From: Octopus vulgaris
Lineage: Eukaryota
Length of the DNA: 64,000 nt
Direction of reading: 5' to 3'
NCBI GenBank assembly: GCA_951406725.2
Contig: OX597830.1
Location: 29,140,001 to 29,204,000, forward strand
Shown here in pieces: positions 28,820 through 42,212 of the stretch. Position 1 is the first letter of the stretch, and every line of letters starts with the position of its first letter. Both the position numbers and the translations under genes were made by a program. The notes beneath the pieces were generated by a model that was given only the letters and a program-made list of their open reading frames with translations, made no database searches and was not told where the DNA came from.

Positions 28820-29198
28820 AGAACTCCATATGCTCAATCTGATGCACAGATGCTTTCGAGAAACTCCTTACGAACTGACCGATGACCAAGCTTAACGACA
28901 ATTGAAAATTTGAAAACAGTTACTGGTAAATACTTTAGATGTCCGTCAAGGGTTGGATTTGTAACTGGGAATGAAAAATAGATCTATTTTCGTGATCATA
29001 ATAACAGTCTTCAAAACCTTTTTCTCAAACAATGGCGGTTTAAACAGAAGTGTATGTTGTTGTGTGTTTGTGGCATTTCGAGGGAATGCAGCACTCTTGC
29101 TTGACCCATACGGTGGTCATGCTGCGAACATTAAACTTTAAACATCATACACTACAGCGAGTGTATGATGTTTTAATATGAATTTGTATGCATCTGTG

Positions 29199-29505
29199 TT
29201 TAGGGCGTCGGGTTCACAATCATGAAGTAGTGATTTCGATTCCTGGACCCGACTGTGTGTTGTGCTCTTCAGCAATGCCCTTAATTTCAAGTTACTCAAG
29301 ATGATTCAGCAGTAGAAATGATTTGCGACGTCGCTGGTGTCAAGCTGCATCGGATTTTCCCTTGGATAAGATCGGTTGCGTGGGGAGGGGAGGCTGCTAT
29401 GCATGAGTGGCTGCTAGTCTTCCATAAACAAAGTTGTCCGGACTTGTGCCTCATAGGAAAACTTACTAGATGCAATTCCATGATCATTCATGACCAAAGG
29501 GGGAT
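29199..29505 (+). mobile_element. SINE family D inserted in the mariner remnant
   Basis: tRNA-like head with B box TTCGATTCC; homologous to 7012-7316. Confidence 0.75.
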
Positions 29506-29967
29506 TGTGCTATACGATGTTTTGAAAGGCCGCTACTCGGAATTAGTCAATCAAAAATACGCAAACCTACTATACACAACACAAACTGCCAATATGGTGA
29601 GGTGTAAACTCGAAGGGCTTGAGGTGATAGATAGACTTGCTCCTTCTACCTGCCAATATTCCAAATCTTGCATCATGAAATTAGGAGATTTTCTCGAGTC
29701 ATGAGACAATTCTTGCAGCGATGGACATTTAGCAATGTGAAAGAGGTTGAAAATAGATTCATGGTGCTTTATACCAACCAGATGATCTCAATATTAAATT
29801 TGAGTCTTTGGTACAAACATAGCGAAAGGCAAATGATTATAATTAAATATATTTTGATGAATAAACGCTTTCCGGAGGTAATTTATTTGTAGAATGAATT
29901 ATAAGCTTGAAATACGAAAACATTTTTGTCTCAACCTGGTATATGTATGCATGTATACATATATATA

Positions 29968-30052
<85 letters not shown>

Positions 30053-30219
30053 TTAATAGGGTGATTAGATACTAATTTAATAGTATATCCATTCTACACC
30101 AAGTGGCCTAGTGCTCCGAGCTAACAATCGTACTGACTTTCATGGGAAACATGTATTTTTGTGGTTGAAACCTTTTGGATAACTGGTGCTAGAGTAGCCA
30201 TATAGTGACCACTCTCTTA

Positions 30220-30273
<54 letters not shown>

Positions 30274-30295
30274 GATATGATAGATATTATATATA

Positions 30296-30401
<106 letters not shown>

Positions 30402-30807
30402 TAAATATATATATCCATACTTACTCATGTATATACATACATGCGTATGCGAGTATGTATATTTAGTTTCAGAATCTGATGCAGAGGTAGGGGAAATGAT
30501 CGGTTTTAAATGTAAAAGAATGGAAGTATGGTAATCTATTCAATGTACATGCGTATTTGCTCTAACGGATATTTAATCACAACATTATGTGTGCAAAGCT
30601 ATTTTCGTTTCAACACAATGAAAGCTTGAGCACATAGAGGCTACACGTATACATGTATACACAGTAACACATACACCCATGCACACAAACACACACACTC
30701 AGTGAATCACACACAACACAAATATACACTCATATATTTGTAAAACAGTTTCTTACAATTTTCTCACCCCCAATTCCGGCTATTTATGATGATCTTTACT
30801 ATGACTT

Positions 30808-30870
<63 letters not shown>

Positions 30871-31311
30871 TATACATATGTGTGTATGAGTATAGATATA
30901 TGTATAACTATGTGTGTGTATATATATTTATCTATTTATTCATATACAGTTTTGAGTGTGTGTGTGTATGGATGTATGTGTAAACACAGTCATTAAATAG
31001 ACAATACGTTTCGGAATTGATGCGTATCAGGTTAGGGAGGTTGAGACTTTTCGCTTGGTTGTATTGTATTAACTGAAATAACATCCGTTAGGCTTAAACT
31101 GATACCTACAGAAGAGGCTACGTGCCGCGATATCTAAACTAAAATGGAATACACAAGAATTTGAAGGTGGCAACCAGAGAGGTAAAGTGAGAGGACATGG
31201 ATATAAGAAAGAAGAATGTTTTTGTACGCCCTTTCATAATTCCCTTACAAAAATATAGTTCTTTTTCACACACCTCAGTGGATTTATATCTATGTATATT
31301 TATTCCTATTC

Positions 31312-31436
31312 TTTTATTCTTTTACTCGTTTCAGTAATTTGACTGCGGCCATGTTAGAGCAGCGCCTTTGGTCGAACAAATCGACCCCAGTGCGTATCCT
31401 TTGTAAACCTAGTACTTATTTCATCGTTCTGTTTGG

Positions 31437-31497
<61 letters not shown>

Positions 31498-31645
31498 TGT
31501 ATACGGTACGGCTTTCTTTCAGTTTCCGTCTATCAAATCCACTCAGCCTGGGCAGCCTGAGGCTATAGAAGAAGACACTTGCCCAAAATGCCATAGAGTG
31601 GGCTTGAACCAGGAACCATGTGGTTGGGAAGCAATCTTCTTAACG
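31312..31645 (-). mobile_element. SINE family A with internal deletions
   Basis: Reverse-complement tail at 31312-31435 and head at 31505-31645, separated by (TG)n. Confidence 0.8.
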
Positions 31646-31751
31646 CACATATATTGATACACATATATGTGTGTGTGCACGCGTGTATATATATATATAT
31701 ATATATATACTCATTAATATATAATCATAAAACATATATTTATGTATAAAT

Positions 31752-31798
<47 letters not shown>

Positions 31799-31965
31799 AA
31801 CATACATACATATATATAATTATGTATATATATGTGTGTATATATGTCTATATATCTATCTATCTATCTATATATAGCACCAGGTGGTGCTATTAAGTTA
31901 GACATGGCCTGGGCCAATAATGGCCGAAACCTATCAAAGTATCAAAGTATATATGTGTGTGTGAA

Positions 31966-32273
31966 GGCGCAATGGCCCAGTAGTTAGGGCAGCGGATTCG
32001 CGGTCGTAGGATCGCAGTTTCGATTCCCAGACCGGGCGTTGTGAGTGTTTATTGAGCGAAAACACCTAATTCTCCACGAGGCTCCGGCAGGAGGTGGTGG
32101 CGATCCCTGCTGTACTCTTTCGCTACAACTTTCTCTCACTCTTTCATCTGTTGGCCTGCTCGCTTAGCCAGCGGGGTGACGTCGTTTGAAAGCTAAAACA
32201 ATGCGAAGCGCATTGTGACCAGCGATGCGTAACAACATCTGATATCCTGGTCGGTTACGGTGATCACGGTGAT
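31966..32273 (+). mobile_element. SINE family C, apparently full length, with a tRNA-derived head
   Basis: A box TGGCCCAGTAGTTAG, B box GTTTCGATTCC and a short tandem tail (CGGTGAT)x2, inserted in a TG/TA microsatellite. Confidence 0.85.
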
Positions 32274-32571
32274 ATATATATATATGTATGTATACGGGAT
32301 TGGATCGCTATGGGTAGGTTCTCTTCACTCCAGAACTAAGGCTTCAGCATGATATCTCCAACCATAATTTGAAGAGGATGTCATTAATTCGAACATGAGA
32401 TCATACTGGACGTTGAGCCTACTCTGCCACTCTGGCTCTGCATCACTGGGAAGAGAGCTGCAGTCTTTTCTACACTCCTACGCGAGTTAAGTAAGTCGAT
32501 TACTTTGTCCCTATTGCTCAGATGTTAATCATTTTATCCACCATGATAGAATTACAAGCAATGACAGCCTG

Positions 32572-32631
<60 letters not shown>

Positions 32632-32632
<1 letters not shown>

Positions 32633-34780
32633 TTAGAGACAAAACCACTATTTTGCAAAACAAACAAGGAAAGACTTAATCAATACATAACATTTTAATA
32701 AATAGTAAAAAAAACCGCCACTACAATTGTTTCTTGTCTTGATCGACAATCTTCAGGTGGACTTCCAATCTAAAATATCAATATTTTAAAATATAAAAAT
32801 AATAATTTTAAAATAATTAAAGTATTAATGAAAAAATATAAATATATAATCTATATATAACCTATATATAATCCATATATAATCAATATATAAACAATAT
32901 ATAAACTAAAATAAACCTATCAACAATTAAATATAAAATATAAAATATAAAATATAAAATATAAAATATAAAACAAAACAAAAAAATAAACTATATATAC
33001 ACCCATACACATATAACTAATTATATATAACCATATCTAAATACATACACTAAATCACACACCTATATATATATCCCTATACATACACATAAAAACGTCT
33101 AGGCAACGATAAATAAATAAAATAGCTAAATACTTCAACACAATACTTATTCATACTCCCTCACACACACATACAACCCACATTCCCGCTCTAGAAACGG
33201 ACATCACTTAAAATTATGAACGGAGAAATGGAATAAATGGAATTAAAAATTATATTCACTTGGTAAAACGAACACTATTTAAAAATTATGAATGAAACAA
33301 TGCAATAAAACAACAGACATCGCAAATAGACACAAATTACTACGAATTCCTTAACAAAACTACCATGATAAACCAAAACTCACAAAAACATATAATGATA
33401 AAATCTCCCTTTACTAAACTCTATAACATACCTATATAGCAATCCCCCTAACCTAAACATTCACACACAAATACACACACGTAAACCACACACCCACGAC
33501 ATATACAAATACCCACCCCACTTACACATACCTATACATACATATAAACCTCAACATATACTCCAAAACCCACTCAACCCCACACAGACAAATAAACACA
33601 TACATCCCCAAACCTAAATGGCAAACCCATAAACACATTCACACACAAATATACATACGTAAAACACACACCATATACATATACATACTCACCAAACTCG
33701 ATATATACAACAATATTAACACACCCACATTCATACAGATAAACAAACTACACAACCAAAATACGCACACACTCACACACAATCCCACATACATAAACAC
33801 TCCAAAGACAAACAACATTATTACACATAATACGATATATAAAATACATCGTAAGTAACCAGAATATCAAAAATAACAATATGACATAAGGAGAAATAAT
33901 ATACATACTTTCAAGTCAGTTTCAAATTATGAAGTGAAATTAAATTCTAATCCGTTAAAAACATCAAACCAAATTACGTTACCATAGGAACATAACTTAT
34001 GTATAAAAAGAATACGCGCTATGGAAGCAAACCTCACTTAAAATTATGAATGGAGAAATAGAATAAATGGAATTAAAAATTATATACACGCGGTAAACCA
34101 ACATTATTTTAAAAAATTATGAATGGATTCTTTTATAAAACTACCATGATAAACTAAAACTCACAAAAACATAAATGATAAAACCTCCCTTTACTAAACA
34201 CTATAACATACTTATATAGCAATCCCTTTAACCTATACATTCACACACAAATACACACACGTAAACCACACACCCATAACAAATACAAACACCCACCCCA
34301 CTCACACACACCCACAAGTACATATCAGCCTCAACATATACACCAAACAAAATTACGTTACCAAGGAACTTAACATATGTATAAAAAGTATTCCCGCTCT
34401 GGAAACGAACATCTTTTAAAATTATGAATGGAGAAATGGAATAAATGGAATTAAAAATAATATTCACGTGGCAAAACGAACACCACTCAAAAATTATGAA
34501 TGAAACAATGCAATAAAACAACAAACATCGTAAATAGACAAATTACCACGAATTCCCTAAAAAAACCATGATAAACCAAAACTCATAAAAACATATAACG
34601 ATAAAATCTCCCTTTGCTAAACTCTATAACAAACCTATATAGCAATCCCCCTAACCTAAACATTCACACACAAATACACACACGTAAACCACAGACCCGC
34701 GACTTATACAAATACCCACCTCACTCACACATACCTATACTAACTTATAAACCTCAATATACACCAATATGTATATATAT
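32632..34780 (-). mobile_element. Long PLE-type non-coding remnant: hammerhead-bearing end plus three diverged ~370-420-bp internal repeats
   Basis: Starts at an (AT)n tract and shares 32632-32765 with the 20.3-kb element. Repeats lie at ~33182-33570, ~33970-34345 and ~34346-34770. The plus strand is strongly G-poor. Confidence 0.6.
32718..32760 (-). ncRNA. Type I minimal hammerhead ribozyme with canonical core and palindromic helix III
   Basis: Minus strand: CCAC CUGAAGA UUGUC-GAUCAA-GACAA GAAA CAAUUG UA GUGG. All core nucleotides are present, with a 4-bp stem I, a 5-bp stem II and a GUA cleavage triplet. Confidence 0.9.
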
Positions 34781-34795
34781 GTATATATATTACAG

Positions 34796-34837
<42 letters not shown>

Positions 34838-34842
34838 CTCTA

Positions 34843-35220
34843 GGCGTAGGAGTGGATGTATGGTAAATAGCTTCCATACCTACTTACATGGTTCCGTGTT
34901 CAGTCCCACTGCGTGGCACCTTGGGCAAGCGTCTTCTACTATAGCCTCGGGCTAACAAATCCTTGTGAGTGGATTTGGTAGATGGAAACTGAAAGAAGCC
35001 CGTCGTAAATATATATATATTTATATATATATGTGTGTGTGTATATGGTTGTGTCGCTTGACAACCGACGCTGGTGTGTTTACGTCCCCGTAACATAGCG
35101 GTTCGGCAAAAGAGACCTATAGAATAAGTAGTATGCTTAGAAAGAATAAGTCCTGCGGTCGATTTGCTCGACAAAAAGCGGTGCTCCAGCATGGTGACAG
35201 TCAAATGAATGAAACAAGTA
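34843..35220 (+). mobile_element. SINE family A, followed by an inverted copy of its tail (35260-35310)
   Basis: Family-A head and tail. CATTTTACTGTGGCCATGCTGGAGCACCG is the reverse complement of the tail. Confidence 0.85.
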
Positions 35221-35509
35221 TACATATATAAATATATATATATACATATGGTCTATTTTCACTCTTTTACTTGAGTCATTCATTTTACTGTGGCCATGCT
35301 GGAGCACCGATATCTATATGTATTAGTCTATCTGTTTGTCTCCCAGTGTGAACAGGAAGAAAAATATGGGTCATATAAAGCTGAATCCATAATATGCTGA
35401 TTATTGAACTCCGAAAAAGCGAATTATAACAAGAAAGAGTATTCGTCTAAATGCGTCTGTACCGTTGTTTCCAGTATATTACGAATGATAGTTATTTGCA
35501 TTTTCTTAG

Positions 35510-35533
35510 ATGCGCAAGACCACAGCATGTAGA
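35510..35533 (+). CDS. Candidate 24-nt frame-preserving micro-exon
   Basis: TTATTTGCATTTTCTTAG|ATGCGCAAGACCACAGCATGTAGA|GTAAGA. Only splice signals support it. Confidence 0.15.
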
Positions 35534-36484
35534 GTAAGAGCATGAGCAAATGAGTAGTGGTCTGGTCTGTAATGCTGGTGTTGAATGCATCATATAGGAT
35601 TTTATGACTTTTGTAGCAGTGTGCTTCAAATGTGATTGCGATAAGCTCTCGGCTCAGTAACTGAGTCCACCCACTCCCACTAAGGTAAATTTGAAGTATA
35701 TGTTATTGTGCAATGTCTAACATCAGTACATTTTCCATTTAGACACCGAAATGAACCCAGCCCAGATCTGTTACGCTAACTCTAATTATCCTCGCAATAC
35801 GCCTTGTCAATGCTGTAGAATGAAGAGTGAACCTAAGATTAGAGGCATTTGCTACAGTTATTCTGTGAAGGAATGACAGCAACTCTATATCAGCATTCTT
35901 TGTATATGATGATATATTTTATCCTTGTAAATATTGTACTATTTCGCATCTGTTTATTCTGTCATTTGGAAACGGATCTCTTTTGGTGTTCGATTAACTT
36001 TATAATTATTAGAGAATTCTCACTCCTATAAAAGTTAAGCATTTTCGAAATTGGTGTCTTTATCATGATGCCGTCAATTTCATTTCCGATCGTGATCATA
36101 TTGTATCATATAAGCAAATTTCATTTCATCTTTATTAAATAGTCCGAAAACCTGGAATTATATAGAAAACAACAAGCTTCAGACCATTAGATATTTTATA
36201 TATACATGGTGATAAATCTTTTCCTTTTAATTTGCATTGTATTATGTGTTCCAGATATATATACACTTCATTTAGCATTATTTCACACAGAACTATGAAA
36301 TAAACATGGCTTAGTTTTGGACCGCGGGTAAAAGTGCCTCACCGAGGTTAAAACTTCACCCAGGTTTGAGTTCTGAAATATCCACTAACCAATTCCCTAA
36401 AAACGCCACAATGGAAACAATATCACAAAATAAAAACATAACATAAAAGATAAAGAGAAAAGTTCTGAAGAAAAATACTACATA

Positions 36485-36649
36485 GGCGTAAGAGTGGCGG
36501 TGTGGTATGTAGCTTGCTTACGAACCACATGGATCCGGGTTCAGTCCCACTGCGTGCTACCGTGTGCAAGTGCCTTTTACTATAACCTCGGGCTGTCCAA
36601 AGGCTTGTGAGTGGATTTGGTAGACGGAAACTGAAAGAAGCTTGTCGTA

Positions 36650-36713
<64 letters not shown>

Positions 36714-36920
36714 TGCCCCCCAACATCGCTTGACCACCGATGCTAGTGTGTTTACATCCCCGTAACGTAGCGGTTCGGCAAAATAAACCGATAGAATAAG
36801 TGCTAGGCTTACAAGGAATAAGTCCTGTGGTCGATTTGCTCCATCGACTAAAAGCGGTGCTCCAGCATGGCCACAGTCAATTGACTGAAACAAGTAAAAG
36901 AGTAAGAGATATAAAAGAGT
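36485..36920 (+). mobile_element. SINE family A, full length
   Basis: Complete head from GGCGTAAGAGTGGC through to the GTAAAAGAG tail. Confidence 0.9.
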
Positions 36921-38375
36921 AGTTTAATTCAAGAGAAATATCCATGAATTTATAAAATCAATGCTCATTATTTTCCCCGGCACAAATTTGTCCCTGTAGT
37001 TTCTTATGCGCCTGCAATTCATTTCTAGTACGAAAAAAAAGTTTTCCCTCCCCTACTTTAAGCTGTTCGAATCTATGATTTTATTACTTTCGTATGGCCA
37101 TTGCGTTGAAAACCCCATAATTGTTATGAGACTACACATATTGTAAGTGTTTATGCAAAATTAGGCTACGCAGTTATACATGTTTCAGCATTGACCGTTT
37201 TAAAACACTCATTAGAATTATGTCTGTCCATAGGAATTTCCGAGCTTCTGCGAATCGAATTATGGTTATTCATATGGCATTCATTAACTGATATAGCTAT
37301 AGAACATTACTTTCATATATGGTTCGTATATGTCTTTGTTCTTACAGTTCCTAGATTATTAGGGTTTCGTTTAAACCTTCCCATTGTTACTCTACACTCC
37401 AGTACTGTAATAATCGTTACTGAATTCAACATTAGAAGTATTTCTCTGGTAATAACATTAAGCATGAAAAATATGAAGCAATTATCGATCCATTTGTTGC
37501 GCAAAGATTTTTCTGCATCACTACCTTTATTCCCTTCTATTCAAGATAAGTAACCAATAAAAGTAACAACAGTGTGATTAATAAATTTGCATTACCATGT
37601 AGTTTAGGATTTGATAATACGGCAGTGTGTTATACGTAGCTTTTTTTTCAAAACAGGCTCGGATCAGCTGATATCTTGTGAGTGAAGTAGGGAGTACAGA
37701 GACGATGTGGAGCCAATCGGAGACTGTTTGTCCCTATTCTTAGGAGACGGAACTATTACGTCACCTAACTTTACACCAACACCTGACATATAAGACATTC
37801 ATCATCGGAATATATTCTGTTGAAGTATTTGGGACCGGAGTCCAGCCTGAGGACGTCTTGTGCTTCTCATACGCATCTAGGAATCCATGAACATGTCAAT
37901 GGAACGACGATCTTTGTTTTCTAAGTCAGATTGCCTGACCTTTTTATTAAATAAGTATCCTCACCAGAATCCGGATTCCTGCAGTTATTAACGATTCCTA
38001 AGCAAAATGTAACCGTAATTATTTTCTTCTTTCGAATTTTTGTTCTTGGTATTTTTCATATATGAAATTATCAGGATATTATTATACACGTCTCTCAGAT
38101 TTATTCAATATATATATTTAACATGATACGGGTCTTGTGATAAACGAAATTACATGAAAAACAAATGCAATAGAAATATATTACGACAAATAGGTATAGG
38201 AATAGAGTTTAGTCTGCCGCCTAGTGGCAATGATAATTATTATAATAATAATAATACATTTAAATATTGTCCACATATACAGGCAAAATATTCCTTTGTT
38301 TTCATCAGATAATATTTATTCAATAATAATAGTAATAATAATAATAACAATAATAATGATAATAATAATAATAAT

Positions 38376-38409
<34 letters not shown>

Positions 38410-39111
38410 GCAACAATATGTTGATTTTGATTGTGTCACATGATACTTGAATCGTAGGAAATTCGTAGATTGAACGTAGGTCTACTTATTTATTAATAAC
38501 TTGCCCGTTATTGAAGTTCATTTATGTAGTTAGTTCCAAAGCAACAATATTCATAGACTAGAATTAGTATATATATATATATACCAAAAGTTATATATAA
38601 TTATAAACTCCGAAATGTACAATTTATTCTACATTTATTGTCTGGAATAAATTCATTTAGCTCTGAATGTTATTACTGTTATAAATGAAATATTTAACAA
38701 ATTTTCTATTACATAGACGCCTGATGATTAGTTTCGCTTGTATAAACCTAAAATGTTTATGCTTATTCAATATTTCAATATTACTCACACAAAAGACTGA
38801 GACTATGAAAGTATTCATAAAGTAAAGAGGAAAATAAAATTTCTTCTTGAAATGTTCGATAATGTATAATTATCCAAAATTTAGATATATTTTTAATTTT
38901 ACATTAACTCATAAAACGCATAAATACGTTCACACATGCACGTACTCAGGAACATATATGAGATTATATATATGCATATATATATATATAAATGTTTGTG
39001 TGTGTTTGTATTATACATACACATGTATATATGTTTGCCTGTATATCAATCTATTTCTGTAACTATTTCTGTGTTTATATATATAAGTTTATATATATAT
39101 ACATATATATA

Positions 39112-39153
<42 letters not shown>

Positions 39154-39203
39154 TATATGCATAAATAGAAACATTCATATAAATATATATATATATATAT
39201 AAC

Positions 39204-39317
<114 letters not shown>

Positions 39318-39507
39318 AAGTATATATGTATTTATGTATGCATCTAGGTATGTATGAATGTATGCGTGGATTTTTACATGGATAGATGTGATTAAACAGA
39401 CGCCTAATTGACGGGAGATGGGCTGCAAAATTACGAGATGCAGAAAATTTGTTTAGCTTCCACGATCTAAATCTCCACTTACCTCATTAACTTCCATTTC
39501 CAGTTTT

Positions 39508-39541
39508 CCTCTGAAGAGGGACAATATCCGAAACGTTGGAG
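39508..39541 (+). ncRNA. Minimal hammerhead motif of the GAAACGU type (intact core, weak stem I)
   Basis: CCU CUGAAGA G GGA-CAAUA-UCC GAAA CG UU GGAG. Confidence 0.55.
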
Positions 39542-39868
39542 TACCCCACCACCACCACCACCACCACCACCACCACCACCACCACCACCGGGGCAACTAC
39601 ACGCGCACACACATAGACACAAACACACACATACACACTTATATATTGTATACATATTACATTCCATTTTTTCTTTTAGCTTTCATCTAAATTTCCATGC
39701 TTCATATGATATTTCAACATAGAAACTCAACACCACTGCATTGTGTTTCATTGATCACAGATATGCACAGTTTATGTGGTAGTAAAAGAAACTACTGGAG
39801 TCAATTTAATTGACTTAACCACTCATCCAAGATTGCTGGCCTTATGCCAAAACATGAAGTTATCATCC

Positions 39869-39924
<56 letters not shown>

Positions 39925-39927
<3 letters not shown>

Positions 39928-40355
39928 TAGTTTTATTTTTATAGCGTGCTTTCACTTCACTACCGAGCGCAGCTCTGTGTGCCTTGGGTATGTGCTGTGA
40001 TTTGTTGTGATGCTCTGATGGTTATTGTATGGAAAGTGTTCTGCGTAGGATGTGTGCAGTGCCTAGTAGTGCAATTTTCTGTATGTTATATGTGTTTGTA
40101 AGTCCTGGTGTTTTTGTTATGTATTTGTCTGAATATTTTTTTATCATGCCTAATGCACCTACCATGATAGGAATTGTTTCTGTTTTCAGATTCCACATTC
40201 TAGTTACCTCTATTTCCAGGTCTTTGTATTTTGAGAGTTTCTCCATTTCTTTTAGAGACACGTTGTCATCTGCCGGTATTGATACATCAATTAGAAAGCA
40301 TTTTTTTCTTCATGATCTCTGACAACTATATCTGGTCTGTTGGCCTTAATTTCTC

Positions 40356-40356
<1 letters not shown>
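39925..40356 (-). mobile_element. 5'-truncated R4/Dong-like non-LTR retrotransposon (restriction-like endonuclease C-terminus plus 3' UTR) in (TAA)n
   Basis: REIKANRPDIVVRD..(frameshift)..LIDVSIPADDNVSLKEMEKLSKYKDLEIEVTRMW...PIMVGALG...LLGTAHILRRTLS* contains the RPD..D..E..K..KY motifs of a restriction-like endonuclease (RLE). Both flanks are TAA repeats. Confidence 0.9.
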
Positions 40357-40425
<69 letters not shown>

Positions 40426-40500
40426 CATTATTACTATTATTATTATTATCATCATCATTTTCATTATAATTATTATTGTTATTATTACTGTTATCATTAT

Positions 40501-40661
40501 GAGTGGCTGCGTGGTAAGTAGCTTGATGATGAATCACATGGTTCTGGGTTGAGTCCTACTGCGTGGCACCTGGGACGAGTGTTTTCTATTTAGCCTCAGA
40601 CCAACCAAAGCCTTGCAAGCGGATTTGGTAGACGGAAACTGAAAGAAGCATTTGTATATAT

Positions 40662-40711
<50 letters not shown>

Positions 40712-40969
40712 GTGTGTGTGTGTGTGTGTGTGCATGTGTGTGTGTGTTTGTTGTGTGTCCGTGTTTGTCTCACCACATTTGCTTGACATTGCTTGCTGGT
40801 GTGTTTACGTCCCCGTAACTTAGCGGTTCGGCAAAAGAAACCAAACAGAGAGAATATAGTACTAGGCTTACAAAGAATAAGTCCTGCTGTCGATTTGCTT
40901 AACTAAAGACGGTGCTCTAGCATGGCCTCGGTCAAATGACTGAAACGAGTAAGAGAATAAAAGAATATA
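40501..40969 (+). mobile_element. SINE family A (first unit of a local tandem duplication)
   Basis: Same start point, diagnostic bases and 3' end as 41182-41651. Confidence 0.9.
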
Positions 40970-40989
40970 AGAATTATTATTATTATTAC

Positions 40990-41044
<55 letters not shown>

Positions 41045-41072
41045 GTTATTATAATTATTATTATTATTATTG

Positions 41073-41181
<109 letters not shown>

Positions 41182-41335
41182 GAGTGGCTGCGTTGTAAGT
41201 AGCTTGATAACCAATCACATGGTTCTGGGTTCAGTCGTACTGCGTGACACCTTGAGCGAGTGTTTTCTACTATAGCCTCAGGCCAACCAAAGCCTTGTGA
41301 GTGGATTTGGTAGACGGAAACTGAAAGAAGCACGT

Positions 41336-41398
<63 letters not shown>

Positions 41399-41651
41399 CT
41401 GTGTGCGTATGTATGTATATGTGTGTGTGTTTGTGCGTCCGTGTTTGTCTCCCCACCATCGCTTGAAAACCGATGCTGGTGTGTTAATGTCCCCGTGACT
41501 TAGCGTTTCAGCAAAAGAAACCAAACTGATAGAATATAGAACTAGGCTCGCAAAGAATAAGTCCTGCGGTCGATTTGCTCAACTAAAGGCGGTGCCCCAG
41601 CATGGCCGCAGTCAAATGACTGAAACATGTAAGAGAATAAAAGAATATAAG
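41182..41651 (+). mobile_element. SINE family A (second unit of the tandem duplication)
   Basis: See 40501-40969. Confidence 0.9.
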
Positions 41652-41655
41652 AATT

Positions 41656-41704
<49 letters not shown>

Positions 41705-41705
41705 C

Positions 41706-42182
41706 GGGCAATTGTTTCACCCATTATAGAGTGGGTGAAACAATTGCCCATATCACGAACGAATGCCCTAGACTTGATCAAAACCATTGCATGTTGTGGC
41801 GAAACGACCAGGTAGCGAAAGTGTTATATTGGAAGCTTTGCAAAAGTGGGGGCTAGAGAGAGGCGTGGTATAAGTACAAACCGTAAAGACTAGCAGAATC
41901 CTTTGCGATTCCTCACTGCAAACAGATCAGCTTCTAGAGCATAACAGAGGAGACCTAGTGTTGGTGCAGGTTGACAAGGTGCCCCACATATGCTATATAG
42001 TTGATGTTGGATGCTCCTTGGACCTACTAATAGTGAAGAAGGAAGGGGAAACAATAGTTAGGTAGAATCTTTTTTAAGTACGAAGTAGCTCTGTTACGGA
42101 AAATTAAGAAGGTGAAAATAGTGCTAATTATTGTTGGGTCCTTGGGCACAGTATCAGAAGGCATCAAGAGGAATTTGGAGGT
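41706..42182 (+). mobile_element. Degenerate R4/Dong-like fragment (end of CCHC knuckle plus RLE) with a hairpin at its 5' junction
   Basis: VGETIAHITNECPRL..WRNDQVAKVLYWKLC ... EHNRGDLVLV ... CYIVDVGC ... KYEVA..VKIVLIIVGSLGTV. Same lineage as 48159-48887. Confidence 0.8.
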
Positions 42183-42212
42183 CTTTTTAGTTTAACAATT
42201 AATATTATTATT

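Larger units (their letters stand above)
28328..29942 (+). mobile_element. Degenerate mariner (DD34D-type) transposase remnant interrupted by two SINEs
   Basis: QNWFRRLKEGDGNLEDRRS (HTH/GRP region), PYELTDDQA (WVPHEL-like), VTGNEK*IYF (first catalytic D motif TGDEKW) and a decayed YSPDLAPSD-like region at ~29640-29680. Ends in a TIR-like ...CTCAACCTGGTA. Confidence 0.8.

Noticed and set aside
31966-32040. tRNA gene
   Set aside because: A and B boxes are present, but I could not fold a complete cloverleaf and the sequence continues into a SINE body. The same applies to the other SINE heads.
38716-38762. CTGATGA..GTTT..AAAC..AAAATGT as a hammerhead relic (similar weak relics at ~31905-31935, ~52509 and ~53281)
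   Set aside because: The GAAA or CUGANGA element is missing or broken and stem I is not supported, so they are too decayed to call.
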